A DNA stretch of 64,000 nucleotides from Tubulanus polymorphus (taxonomy: Eukaryota; Animalia; Nemertea). The translations under genes and the position numbers were made by a program. Location of the stretch: contig NC_134026.1 of NCBI RefSeq assembly GCF_964204645.1, forward strand, positions 23,966,150 to 24,030,149. Reading direction: 5' to 3'. The notes beneath the pieces were generated by a model that saw only the letters and a program-made list of their open reading frames with translations, was not told the origin of the DNA and did not search any database. The first letter of the stretch is position 1, and each line of letters starts with the position of its first letter. Positions 1 through 19,620 of this stretch are shown here, piece after piece.

Positions 1-245
1 ATTGATGCTATAATAATTTAAATATAAATACATTTTCGTGATAGATCCGGTATTTAGATATCTAATATAACAGGAATATGACCTTCCTTGGTTTGTTATG
101 GGCGATCCATAATCATGAAATTGTGCCTTGCTGCTGTTTCTTGATTTGATTATTAAAGCAACTTAATGGCTTGAACATTCTACAATAGTAGGTTTGATAT
201 CATCTATCTGGAATTTTTGTTGAATTATTTTGAAAACTGTTTTAG

Positions 246-1018
<773 letters not shown>

Positions 1019-3633
1019 CTTATGTGCTAGAAATGATCGAAAAAAGGCGAATGAGCGAGCAGTGTCGAGTCTTGGGACGCATTTTGTGCTCAGACGTCTC
1101 CCAGCTCAGATGATTCAACGAATTAACTATAAAGAGGTCACACAGGCATACACCCACATATCAGGCAGAAATGACAGAACTCCTAACGTTTTCATCTATT
1201 ACTTTAACATACATTGCTAGTACTGTTGAAAAATCGACTGAACGTATGATTACGAATATTGTCAATGTTCGCAATATACCAGCGGAGAATATTCTTTAGA
1301 AGTATTGTTCATCTGCATGATGATATCTTACGCGATTCGATAATTAAATGAACTGTTGAAGACGATGTTACACGATGCACTGGTGATGATTGATCGTAAT
1401 GTCATTGATAACGAAACTAAAAATGACATATCATCTAATCGCGTGGCTGTCATTCTGTATAGCAGCCGTGAAATAGATGGGCAATCATTGTAGGTTCTGA
1501 TATTTTAAAAAAGTACTTCAGTAATAAGATGCGTATTACTTGCCATTTTGAATCGAGCGGAATTTTGCGGCACATTGCTGTACTAATTGTCATAACTAAC
1601 GAAACGTTGCAATTGTCTGATTTTAAGATGTTAAGACTTGTGTTCCTTCGATTTTTGTTGATTTACTGAAAGATGTGTCGTTCGGTCAAGAGAAATGTAT
1701 CCAACCTGTATTGCTGTATGATAATATTGATATTATTCCTATGTACTATGGTGTATACATTTCCTAATCTGCTTAGATGAGACTGGTTTGAAAATTCTAT
1801 GTAAACATATTTCATCTCTTGACTGCTACGGTTACTCAAGTTATAATGTAGAGTTTGTCCAACAAATATTGTGCAAAAACGACTCCAGAACGTTGAGGAT
1901 GTCTTTAATATTAATGCCTTTCGCCAAAGACTAGTAGGGGAGTACTATATGTTTCTGTTTAAATAAATGATATATAGTCTAATATAAATTCTAATTTAAT
2001 GCGAGGAGTTGTATGGAAAGGTGACTCATTTAAGATTTTGGTGTATGTGTCGCGCATACATAGAAAATTTTGAATTTTTTACCAAGAAGAAACTGTACTG
2101 ATCGCTTTGATATTCTTTCAATGTGTAGGCTAAATAAACGAAGTTACTATAAAATGCGGGTAACATTATAAAAAGTTTCATGTAGTTGAATATATCAAAA
2201 AAAAACATTTTGAATAAACTAATGCTAATGTCTAATGTGAATATTTCCAGCTAAGTTGCACGCAGTTAGGTATAGTATTTCAATCGGCGTGTGCGTGCGT
2301 GCGTGTGTGCATTCAACCTGAGTTGCACGGTAATTGTTTTGATTGAAAAGAATACTGATTTATATTGTTAGTTTAAAAAGAAATATTTTGTATCCTTATT
2401 GAATAACGCGTGTAATGTGCCCCCCCAAAAAAGAAAGTTCACCGTGAAAACGAAATGATATTTGACTGACAAGAATCCGGGTGGCTATTAGGCTTAGTAG
2501 TTAGGTTAGAGTACGCATGAGCCGGGTTGCCCTTCTTTGTTCCCCTCCTCCTCCACCATTTCATATGGATATATTTTCATGGATATATTTATACACATAT
2601 TTGTCGCGCATAAGCCTGAGTGTTGAATGGTGTTGTAAAATTCCTTTTTGAGTGACATTGAAATCTGTACTGAATTGATACATACTTATCGAAATATATA
2701 CTGCGACTGTCCCACGCCATTTGTTCACAACAATGACAAAGATTCCCGTGGATTTGCCTTTGCTTCGGTACCGTCATAAGTATGAGCAGATTAGATCATG
2801 TTTTGTTTATTTTTTGTGTGTGTCGCGAGCGGTTACATGACATCAAGCAAAATTGGCATGTGCTATCAACGATTATTTCCCTTGTTTGGCTATTTCGCCT
2901 TAAGACATAACTAGATCTTTCTGAAAAATATTTCTTAAAACACGCTCACACATGTAACGCACATCTATCGTTCTACGGTTCATGTAAATCATGACCAAGC
3001 TCTTGGTAATGATGTTACCACGACTCGTTAATATTAGTTAACAACTTATTTGTTTGGTTGGTTGTTTGTTTGCACGCTTAGAATGGAATGATTAAAAGTG
3101 CCACTGGCTCGATCTTGATTTGTTCATCATCCACCATCGCAGTTAATATGTGCAAGTGAAAAATCAAAGTAAACCAAAGTTCTTTACAAAAAGATTTTTA
3201 ACATTTTAACTGTCGCCGGCTATTTGAATCTAGTGTTGCTTGACCAGTCTGCTAATATCTTTTGAACACCAGGGTATATATGAATAAGTGTATTCTACAA
3301 CACCAACACCACAAGTCCATGCACTGGAAGAAAGTACATGATAACTTTTGTATATAGCTCTAATGATACATACGAAGTGGTGTTTTAATATTGTTGGTTG
3401 GCGAAAAACCTGATGTAAAATTATTAGTGCATTAGCTGGATATTGTGTAATTATTATTTAAATAGTGTAAAGTCATCAATCCCCTATTGATATTAATGAA
3501 ATATGGTATAAAATCCTGATGGGTTGTATTAATTAATGTGTAAATCTTAATTATGATTGTCATTACGATACACACCTAGTGGCAATCGATAAAAACACTA
3601 CACACAATTTTCATATTGTTGAAAAAATCTTCA

Positions 3634-3685
<52 letters not shown>
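3634..3685. repeat. (TAT)n trinucleotide microsatellite, probably in the long PKA 3' UTR
   Basis: About 17 perfect TAT units; AATAAA downstream at 3850-3855. Confidence 0.95.
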
Positions 3686-4029
3686 GAAATTGATTGAATA
3701 AGTGAATGTTTTTTTATAAAACTTCATTAATTGTTATAATGAAGACCTGTCTTGTAAATGTAGGCTTCGTTCATTTTAATTTCTAGTGTCATCTATAGGT
3801 GAAAAACAAAATGTACAACTACACGAAAAAACGTTATGTGTTGTATTTGAATAAAACTTGTAGTTTGCGAAAATTATGATATTTTTTTCGTGGTTTATTG
3901 TTTAGTGTGGTGATAGCTTTTGTTTTCATTCATTGTTGTCGTGGGTCGCATGCAAGTATGAATGTTTCGAATGAAGCTAAATCGGGAGGTCTTTATGAGT
4001 ATTTTGTTTTGTGGACTCTGTTCTAGTTT

Positions 4030-4452
4030 GGAGTAATCAGGTAGTCTGATTACTCCGTGGTTCCTGAGTTTAAAAGCCGCGCGCCAGATTAAATGGGAGA
4101 CAAAACCTATTGCCGTTAGATGTCGTCTGAATAAGCGTGCTACGCGACGTCAAAATGATATCGCAAACATAAATTAAATAGACCATATTCTGCGAATCCT
4201 GTATCATATGAAACTTTGGCGTAAGTTATTTCCTAATTTTGCGTCATCAAACATTAACAATAATTATCTTCCTGTTTCGAAATATTGAAGCAAAAATTAT
4301 CTTTTCTCGTTATCCTTCCTAATTACTCTTACGGAAAAGTACGGAAATGCAGTTTTCCAAATAAGGAAATCCTCGTCTGATTTCGCGATACAAAGCACTT
4401 TACGCGTAAACTTTGCCGTCACCCTCTATGCGTTTTATTGTCATGTAAATAC
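4030..4452 (+). promoter_or_regulatory. Putative promoter of the PLK2/3-like gene with CArG box, Ets-like and CRE-like sites
   Basis: CpG-rich patch: CCAAATAAGG (CArG) 4357-4366 flanked by CGGAAA/GGAAAT; GACGTCA 4146-4152; TGCGTCA 4240-4246; 11-bp inverted repeat 4030-4056; possible non-coding exon donor GAG|GTAGAG at 4640/4641. Confidence 0.45.
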
Positions 4453-5662
4453 TCAATGGAACTGGGCCAGATTACAATGGGACTTCGTTCAGGTATTTCT
4501 GTCCAACCGTCTGTGGAGATCTATATGGAGCGACAGTAGCGCTGTCTGTATGTATATCAAGAGGATCGAGGCAACTAGCACGACAGAACAGCTGACAATA
4601 AATAGAATATGTATCATTACTGGAATTCACAACAACTGAGGTAGAGTTATGACATTATTTTCTGTTGTTTATTTATGTACATAGGTTTATCTTTAAAACA
4701 GGGATTTTCAATTGACGGGGGCCTGGGCGCGTGTGGTTTATTCACCCGACTATATCGAATTGATGTTACCATATATCGAACAGTAGTGTTGAGCACTTGC
4801 AGCATGCGGTTCCAGACGCCATGTCATTCGAACATAAATTACACATACACACATACGAATAGACCTGGTTGTTGTAGTTTTTGAATTCGAATTTACACTT
4901 TGTTTTTAATTATGTTATGTATTCGTGGTTCGAACCTTCAAAGTATCAAAAAGCGCTTGGCTTAGAATGACGCATGTCACTGTATTAGCTCATGTAATTA
5001 GGTCATGCAACAGCATTTTTCCGAAGATAAGTGAGTCAATACTGTGACTATGTCGGGTGTGCGATGGAACTAGTGTAAAAAATTACTGATTTTGTAACAG
5101 ATTGATATTTCCGAGAAGCTGTGGAATTAGTTTTATTCATTGCGGAATCGCTGTCAGGAATATAGAATTTCACCCGTACGTTAAGGCTATACACAGGGAC
5201 CAAATAAAAGGAACTAGTTCTTCAATAACCTTACTTCGAGACACCGTCGCGTGTAATGAATCAAAGACTTCTTTATCAAGTTTACGTCGTGCAATGTATA
5301 TACGGCATTATCCGAGTCTCATTCTAGTAAATCACTACCCTTGCAATTATATAGAATCGCCCAACCCATAAATTCTTAATTTTTTTAATTTTTGTGCTGT
5401 TCTTTATTAAGACCAAGCCGAATGATGATTTCAACTGCTATCGGATCGCTTATTGATTTTCTTGTCCAACATTGTGTTACAGTAAACACTGATTGGAATT
5501 ATATGCCCTACGTTGACATACGTCGTTATGTATATCATAGTTAAATGCTTGTACGATACATTTGATGTATATGTATAGGGTTTCCCGGTGTACAACGAAG
5601 AATACGTAATTTGCATTATGCTCCAAATAACGCCGAAAACGCTGGCATCACATGTAAAGGAA

Positions 5663-11417
<5,755 letters not shown>

Positions 11418-14128
11418 TTCTCATCCATAAACTTCGAGTACCGGTACATGTTTTAAGCAATCAGGGATTTCTAGAACTATCAAGTCGGTAGCCGGCCTTA
11501 AAGCATCGAAATCGTTGTTTCCAAGCGTATAACCCTGTGAAATAGAATGGCGTGCCTGTATGAAAATATACGTAAACTCATTTTGAATAACCAATATTCT
11601 CAGTCCATGAAAACGTTCAATATTTTCGAAGCGCCACAAATTCATCAAAGCCCCGAAAAAACCATGCAATGACAGTTTATGCCAAAGACTGAGTCAGGTG
11701 TACAATGACTGTGATCTTAGAATATTATACGATTATTCCAGTTAGTTTGATGATGATGAAATTATCTGGAAGTATATGATATTATTAACGATATATATTT
11801 GTTGTAAATATGATAATGATAATTATGAATGCGATTGGAAGTGAGTAGATGGGAGGGGTCTCTCCCACCTCACCGGATGAATATACTATAAGCCTAATAT
11901 TACCTTATATTACATGTATGATATTAATTTTTTCGCTACGGACATCGAGTTGATTTCCAATTTTCGCCAGTAACGAAATTCCGAAGGCTGTCGTATTTCA
12001 TTCATTTTGAAATTTCGAATAGAACTCGTTCATTTAAAACATGCTGCAATGTTCGTAATTTGCTGCTGATGTGAAACAATGTTCGTGATCAGACATCGAT
12101 AAACCGATGTCTTCATCTCGTCTTTTTCAAATCTTCATTGATTTTCGAGAAAATCAGGTGTCTTAAGCTGCTGCAACTACAAGATCATTCTATATATTTC
12201 TTACTTTTATAGGATTATTTTCTCAACTTGAAATTATTCCCATTGTGAAAGATATTTTTCTCATTTAGAATATGCGCACATAAACGCTTATGCACTAAGA
12301 ACGTGTGTTTTACGCGTCGGTTCATTGTATCAGTTACCTGCCGTCAGCCCTCAAGAATCCAGTAAAACAAAGCCGCTCTAATTGTACAGTAAACCCCACC
12401 TTAAGTAACTCGGACAAACCGGTACCGGTAAAATCAGTCCAAGGTAAGCAAAGTCCCCAGTTATGGATAGGAAAATGTGTTGGGAAGTCAGAAAGTTTTT
12501 AGTGTGGCTCAGTCAAGAGTCAGAGTAAGGCAAAAGGTTTACTGTACATGTATACATGTATTTTTATATATTGATCGCTACTGCTGTCAGCCGCTACTTC
12601 CCCAGGGGTTCAGTTGGTGTTGGATTATGCCCCTCGCTCTATGGTCTGCTTTCGTAATTAGATTCTACGTACGGTTTTGGGTTGTGATAGGATAATAGCT
12701 TAAACGAAGGCTCAGTCCCCTATTGGCCGATGGATCGTACGACCATAAGCCGCCTGATAATATTGACCACAACAGATTGATCCGCATAAGGTTCAATGCG
12801 ATTAGCTCTAAAGCAACCCACTCGATAATGTAGTCAACACATAAAACTTTATGCAATATTGTTAGAGAAAATCATTGTTAAATGGAAATGACAACATTGA
12901 AAATGTTGGTATTCATTGCTGTGTTGCATATTCATGATTGTCAACTTATAATTCGTGTTGTTTATACATGTAAATTGTGTCTAAGAATATATTGTTTAAT
13001 ATTGTGAATGTGTGTATGGAAATTACGTTATACGGCAGGTAGATTTGAAATTTCATGTTTAGCCTACCTGGTGTACCGTTCCCGACTATGTTTGACCTAA
13101 ATGTTAAGAAAGTATATGCCTAACTCATTCGTGTAAACAATAAGTCATTCCAATTAAAGATTTCGGCTTTTGAATAGCGCCTATATCTAGAGTAACTAAA
13201 ATTAAAGCGCCCCAGTACACATTCCTAACGCAAACGTCTGTAAATTAGTTTTTGATGTGCAAATATGGATTTCACATATCAGTATTAATTATATCATAAT
13301 TTCGATGCAGAAATTCTTTTTTCACTCGAGTTTTCATTCAGTTCGTAGTCTACTGTAATAAAGCGTCTTCCAAACTTATACCATTTCAGCTACATATTCA
13401 TTCGTATTTTATTTCATTAAATTCCGTCAAAGATTACATAATTCCAAATTCACGCGTGGTTCTTTATTTCTGCACAATCGTACGTACGATAGGGATTTAT
13501 CTAAGAGCCGAGAACGGTCAGGGAAGTGGGTGGTTTATACTCTCCCCACCTCCGCGAAATGGTGCTCATAGAAAGAGCAAAATATGTCGCAGATAATCAT
13601 ATATCTATGTATTTTAAGCATAATATCCGTTTTGTTGACGTGGCCATGTAACAGCCTCGACAAATATGTACTTGTATTATATTTTCATAGTTTGAAATCG
13701 AGATAATTTACTTGAATTAGATACATGTATATTTTAAATCCAAGAAATCTTATTATGTATGTTACAAGATACGATTTATAACAAAGCAGTAAATTTGTTT
13801 ATTTTGATCAACAAAAAATCCCTGTTGGTTATTCGATTACGTTTGCGTGGCTGGGTAAGCCAAGTTGATTTTTCGTTTTAGAAAAAGATCCATCAGATCA
13901 TAACTTGTAATGGATGCAAGATGCGCTTAATTTAACAATTTATTCATTGCAGCAACACTGTTCGTTTAAGTGAATGTAATTATTATGTTATCGTGTTTAT
14001 AAAATATTTTCTCGGTTTTTTCATTGCTTGAATTTTTGTACAGAGAATAAATTTCGATATTTCATTAATTTAGATCGATCGTTCTGTTTAAGTTAATCGT
14101 CGTTTATTCTCATTTCGTCATCATCAGA

Positions 14129-14496
14129 CAGGGTTCTTTATTATAAGGGTTTTTGTAAGTCTTAGAAAGTTTTGGAAAAATTGGAATTTTTTCCCTGGCC
14201 CTGGAAAAGCTACGGATTTTTTTTCTCCATGGCTATGAAAAGGTATGGAAAATCAGGAAAATGGTCTGAAATAAAACCGTCCTTTTATTTTGAACCTTTG
14301 GCTATATGCCTAAATGTCTTACTAAACATTTGATAACAAACTTTTTGAAAACACTTCGTCGATGGTATTGATAAGTGGCACTTATTTACTTCGAATGGGC
14401 CTACATTGCCAGTCCTTTGGCGATGTGTAACTTAGGGGTATGGAAAATTCATAACCTGGGTATGGAAAATAAAATGGGGCAACCCTTAAGAACCCC
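14129..14496. mobile_element. Degenerate non-autonomous DNA transposon (hAT-like CAGGGTT terminus)
   Basis: Starts CAGGGTTCTT, ends AAGAACCC; repeated internal TATGGAAAA/CTGGAAAA motifs; TSD unclear. Confidence 0.5.
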
Positions 14497-14669
14497 AATC
14501 GGATGAAAAATGCATAAATTGGTCATCATTGTCCCAATGATATTTGTTTACTTCTATTACGCACAGAAATAATGATTGGACGATTATCACCAATTACACG
14601 GTACACAACAAGCATCGGTACACGTCATGCTTGTTTTCTACATTGCTTGACGTGATATCTACTGGCACC

Positions 14670-15911
14670 ATGTCCACCAGTGAATTGAGTTGCCTTTGTT
14701 TGATTTTGTGTGTAATAAGCTCGAACGCCCAGGTGGCTCGGGGACCTCCCGGCGATGGCCCAGGGGTAAGTATATCATACCTATAACATTCCATTGTGGC
14801 GTCATTTTAGGCCCCCTATACCCTCGCCGAAATGTCGAATAGACTGTTATTCCAGATGTTATACTACCAGAAATCTTTTTTGTGGATTTGTTTATTCATG
14901 GAATATATATGACAGGAATTCACGGGGGCACTTTCGAGGAAAAGGGCATTTTTTCAATCACCACTGTACTTTGGAATACATGGAATACAGTCTGGATCCG
15001 CGCCTGGTGATCATCGAGGAATAGCTAAAATTTGATATAAGATTTTGTTTCTCAGGGAAACAGCTGCCCATCAACCGTCGGAAGGGCGCCGGCCAATTTA
15101 CCAAAACTTGGAGGGAATTGGGCTAATCTGATGGTCGATAACCGCTTTGAATGTGATGGTAAGGTGGTAGCCTGGGAGTATTACAGGGGTTATGCTGGAT
15201 CCGAGGCATTCGTAGGCGTGTGGAGACCAACTTCATCTACCAAGGTTTACACTCTAATTGGAAAAACTAAACTCCCGAGAGCTTCGATTGGTAAAAAACT
15301 AGTAGATATTTCTGATCAGCCGATAACCGTTAAGGAAGGGGATTTTATTGGTGAGATATCGAATTTACCGTCAAATCTTTCCTTCGTTAATGTGATGAAA
15401 TCCAGTAAAGATTAGTTTCTTCTATTTAAAGGTATTCATTATTCTAGTTCGATATCGAACGCCGCAATAAGCAACGCTTTAAGTAACGATTTGCCGAATA
15501 ATGAATTACACGATACTGTCAACGCTGGAATATTTGATGAAAGTATGAACAATGGGCAAAATGTCGACTTTTCCAGATGGCCTATAGTCAAAAGGACATA
15601 CGCCATCCAAGCAATAATGGATGGTAAATCTTTTTCTGTGATTTTACATTTCAAGGCACATTCCGTAGCTATTTGTGTATATAAATTCATTTTGTTGTTT
15701 GATCATGCTCTAAACTTCGGGATGAAAAACGTGAACTGAAGCAATGCCTTTTCACGAATGTCAATGTTTTGAACTGTGACAATTTGAATCTTAGGTTTCG
15801 ATGATTTCTTTTATAGATAAAGAAGAAACAACTGGGGAATCGATTACTACTTCTTGTCCATCTGGACAGTGCCCACCAGGAGAAGTGGGACCTCCAGGCT
15901 TCATTCCATAA
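14670..15911 (+). CDS. Small secreted protein (~225 aa): signal peptide, uncharacterised ~160-aa beta-rich domain, short GPP tail (paralogue A)
   Basis: Exons 14670-14765, 15056-15350, 15432-15623, 15817-15911, all GT-AG and in frame; MSTSELSCLCLILCVISSNA signal peptide; ends CPPGEVGPPGFIP*; AATAAA 15963-15968. Confidence 0.85.
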
Positions 15912-16224
15912 ACAGACTCTGTCATGGACATTTTCTTGTTTGCTTAGATTTATGTGCGCTGAAATAAATCGGACCTTCCAACAATCTGATGTTCTGTATT
16001 TTTGTTGAACGCGAGGGCGGCTTTCCATCGACAAATTCGACCATTGCAATTGTAATTAGACGAAAACTCATTTTCCTCCCTGTAATGGCCAATAATTACG
16101 GTCCAATCATCTAGGTTAATGATAAATACAGTTATTCTGTTTTATAAATGCATATTACATCCCATCAATAAGTACCCGCTCGTTCAGCGCTATCAGCCAT
16201 TCAAGCGGGGAAAGCTGCTGGAAA

Positions 16225-19200
16225 ATGAAAGCCCCTGAATTCATTTGCTTCGTTTTGACTTTTTGTGTCCTATGCTGTAACGGGCAACAGCCTCGTGGTC
16301 CACCGGGTGATGGACCAGGGGTAAGTATATATACTAAATCTTGTGATTATCGAGGTGTGTGATTTGTATCAATTCAGTGATATATACATGTACACGTATT
16401 TCATTCTTCAGGAAAACAACTGCCCATCAACTGTCGGAAGGGCGCCGACCAATTTACCAAAACTTGGCGAGAATTGGGCCAATCTGATGGTCGATAACCG
16501 TTTTAAATGTGATGGTAAGGTGGTAGCTTGGGAGTATTACAGGGGTTATGCTGGATCTGAGGCATTCGTAGGCGTGTGGAGACCAACTTCATCTACTAAG
16601 GTTTACACTTTAATTAGAAAAACTAAACTTCCGAGAGCTTCCATTGGTAAAAAACTAGTAGATATTTCTAATCAACCGATAACCGTTAAAGAAGGGGATT
16701 TTATTGGTGAGATATCGAATTTACCGTCAAATCTTTCCTTCGGTAATGTGATGAAATCCAGTAAAGATTAGTTTCTTCTATTTAAAGGTATTCATTATTC
16801 TAGATCGATATCGAACGCCGCAATAAGCAACGCTTTAAGTTACGATTTGCCGAATAATGAATTACACGATACTGTCAACGCTGGAATATTTGATGAAAGT
16901 ATGAACAATGGGCAAGATGTCGACTTTTCCAGATGGCCTATAGTCAAAAGGACATACGCCATCCAAGCAATAATGGAACGTAAATATCTGACTATTATTC
17001 TTTTTTAAATCTTTCATACCATCACGTACACGATTGGTATAGTATCATTATCTGATAGAGTCAGAAATCGTGATACCCATCGCATTTTACCATTACGTAG
17101 CGCAACAACCTGATGTAACAACAACGACTGAAGTACCTACGAGTACTGGACGACCATCGACGGATGGACCTGAAACGGTCTCGACAGAAAAACCAGACGG
17201 AGGAAGCGGCATTACTACGACTGATGGGTCTGATAAACCGATATCTTTACCGGTCCCAGGTAGAGTTATTTCCATATTACGGGGAACCTTTTGGTCGAAT
17301 TTTCTTTCTTCAATTTTGTAGTATGGAGGCCCTATTGTTTGATAAAGAGCAACGTTATTTGCACAATACTTATTATATTCGTATTACAGTTCCGGTGAAT
17401 ACGAACTGTGGAGTAGAAAACGGTCAAGTCAACGATCTTCAAATGTCAGCATCTAGTTATACACCACATTGTCCAGCCTCAAACGGACGCTTGCATAAAC
17501 TTACGCCACCAATTGAAGGGCACTTATGTCACGCCTGGTGCGCTGCACCGAATGTGATAGACCCAAAACCGTGGCTTCAGGTACCTGCGACGAAAGAAGG
17601 AACTATAGCCGCGATCACACGGAGACGATTTGGCTCGGGCCAAATTGGTACGGATTAGGCTCGGGCCAAATTTGGCGCTTGCCTAATTAGAGAGCGCGTT
17701 CACACGCAAACCATTCACTCGATACTAAACAATGCTCAAACAAAGCCAAGTGGATCATTTCCGGTGCCAGTTGCAATTCAAACGCAATCATTTGTCTGGT
17801 GCTAAAAATGCTCGTGTGATCACGGCTTATGGCCTACGGCTGTGACAGTTTTTATTCATTATCACTTTTTACAGATCGATTTAGGTACAAATGCAGCTCG
17901 AGGTGGAATTGTAATCCAAGGAAGGGGAGATACCGACTCCCGAGTAGAAAAATTCGCTTTGAAATTCAGCGCTGATGCGAGATCCTGGAGCGTTTATTCG
18001 TCCGACGGAAATGTGAAGGCGAGTATATTACAAATTAAACCATAATGTGTACATATATATTACCTAATATTTTTACAAACATATGATTTTTTTTTTAATG
18101 TAAACTATATATAATACAGATGTTCCAGCATATGGCGAATGATGGCAACGAAATAACGAAAATCAGAACTGTGCGAATTCCGTATCGATATATTCGCTTC
18201 TATCCGACCAAATGGACCCCCTCAAATAGACCTCCGTGTATGAGAGTTGAGGTATTGGGATGCGATGGTAACTGAATTAATTCAAACTTTAAGTCCACGA
18301 GCATGCAGGTCAATATTCAAATTTCAGTCAACACAATCTAAGAAAAAGTTGGGAAGTTGATCAGTTTCCATTATAACGGCTAGTATATACTGCCTATATT
18401 CTGTCCCATGGGCGTCCTCGGGATTTTTTTTAGGGGGGTTCGTTTTTAGGAATAGAGCTGGAATAGGTCTGCTGGGGGGTCCTCCCCAGAAAAATTTTTG
18501 AAAATTTCGTGCAAGTAGGCGCGTTCTGGTGCAATCTGAGGCCGATAGGTAAACTGGTTCCCGTTTACTTTGCATGTATCAATTATTATTTTGCTAATTT
18601 AGCAGATGCAGACCATGTGCTGACGTTCGACGACGTTTGAAAATTCAAAAAAGGGGTTCGTTCGAACTACCGAACCCCCTAGGGACGCCCATGTGTCCAT
18701 GTCGTATAATGAAAATGTATAAAATCCCACACTCAGAGAAGAAAAGCTATTTCGAATATCCTAATAATCAACTTCTAGTCGATCAACGTCGAACATAAAT
18801 CAATAACTAATGGAAACTTTTCTGAATCTTTTTTCTGAGTGTGGATTTTCTATATGAGACAGTTTCTCTTTTATCAAGTTATCTTTTACCCGAAAAGGTA
18901 CATTTTTTCTTGGGGGCAGAAAAAAAGATGCCACACAAAATCATTGAAATGTAGTTGGTTTTCAGATACTGCAGAGTGTAAGAATACGGATGCGAATTGT
19001 GAGGAATATGTGAAAACTGGCGAGTGCTTCCGCAATTATGCCTTCATGAACAAGTATTGCGCGAAGTCTTGTGGATTCTGCTCAACTCACGAGGAGGAAA
19101 CAGTGACCAAGCCAACGGGTCCGCCAGGTATTATCTTTATATATACACGATGTATTGAATATCTAATTCTAATTCGATAGTCGAATGTTAACAGAACTTG

Positions 19201-19620
19201 CGGTGTCCCGTCAAAATGTCCATGTCCAATTACCTATAAAATCCGTTGTTGCTTTCAGTAGTGGGACCAACGACGGTGCGTCCAATCTGTTTATCGTTAG
19301 CATGTCCACCATCTATCAGAATCACCGAGATTCCGCAACCGCCAGGCTTCGATACTCCGGCAAGCGACAATATCGCCAACGATATAGCATTTCCCGATTG
19401 TCTGGACAACGCTGACGATTGTCAGGGCTGGGCCGCACAAGGCGAATGCGAGATTAATGTCGAATGGATGAAAACGAACTGCAAGCGAACGTGTGGTTAT
19501 TGTGGATGTATTGATGAACTGCAAAGCTGCAAATATTGGTTGCTTCAAGATGAATGTAATAAAAACCATGCGTATATGAAAATGAATTGTCGGAAGTCGT
19601 GCAATACATGCTCGGTATAG
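16225..19620 (+). CDS. Secreted multidomain protein (~582 aa): signal peptide, same uncharacterised domain, Thr-rich linker, F5/8 type C (discoidin) domain, three ShKT domains (paralogue B)
   Basis: Exons 16225-16320, 16412-16706, 16788-16979, 17101-17259, 17390-17580, 17875-18018, 18120-18267, 18966-19127, 19259-19620. F5/8C motifs QMSASS, AWCA, WLQIDLG, IVIQGR, CMRVEVLGC; ShKT motifs C..D..C......GEC...M...C.KSC..C three times; AATAAA 19697-19702. Confidence 0.9.
17607..17827. mobile_element. MITE (PIF/Harbinger-like), family copy 2, in an intron of paralogue B
   Basis: TIRs AGCCGCGATCACACG / CGTGTGATCACGGCT with TAT on both flanks; ends and an internal block align with the reverse complement of 9469-9721. 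Confidence 0.8.
18407..18693. mobile_element. MITE with 11-bp TIRs and a 5-bp target-site duplication
   Basis: CATGGGCGTCC ... GGACGCCCATG, flanked by TGTCC at 18402-18406 and 18694-18698; internal GGGGGTCCTCCCCAGAAAAATTTT motif. Confidence 0.8.

Noticed and set aside
12334-12443. Exon-like segment (CAG ... CAAG|GTAAGC) downstream of PLK
   Set aside because: Lies after the PLK stop; no partner exon or recognisable peptide.
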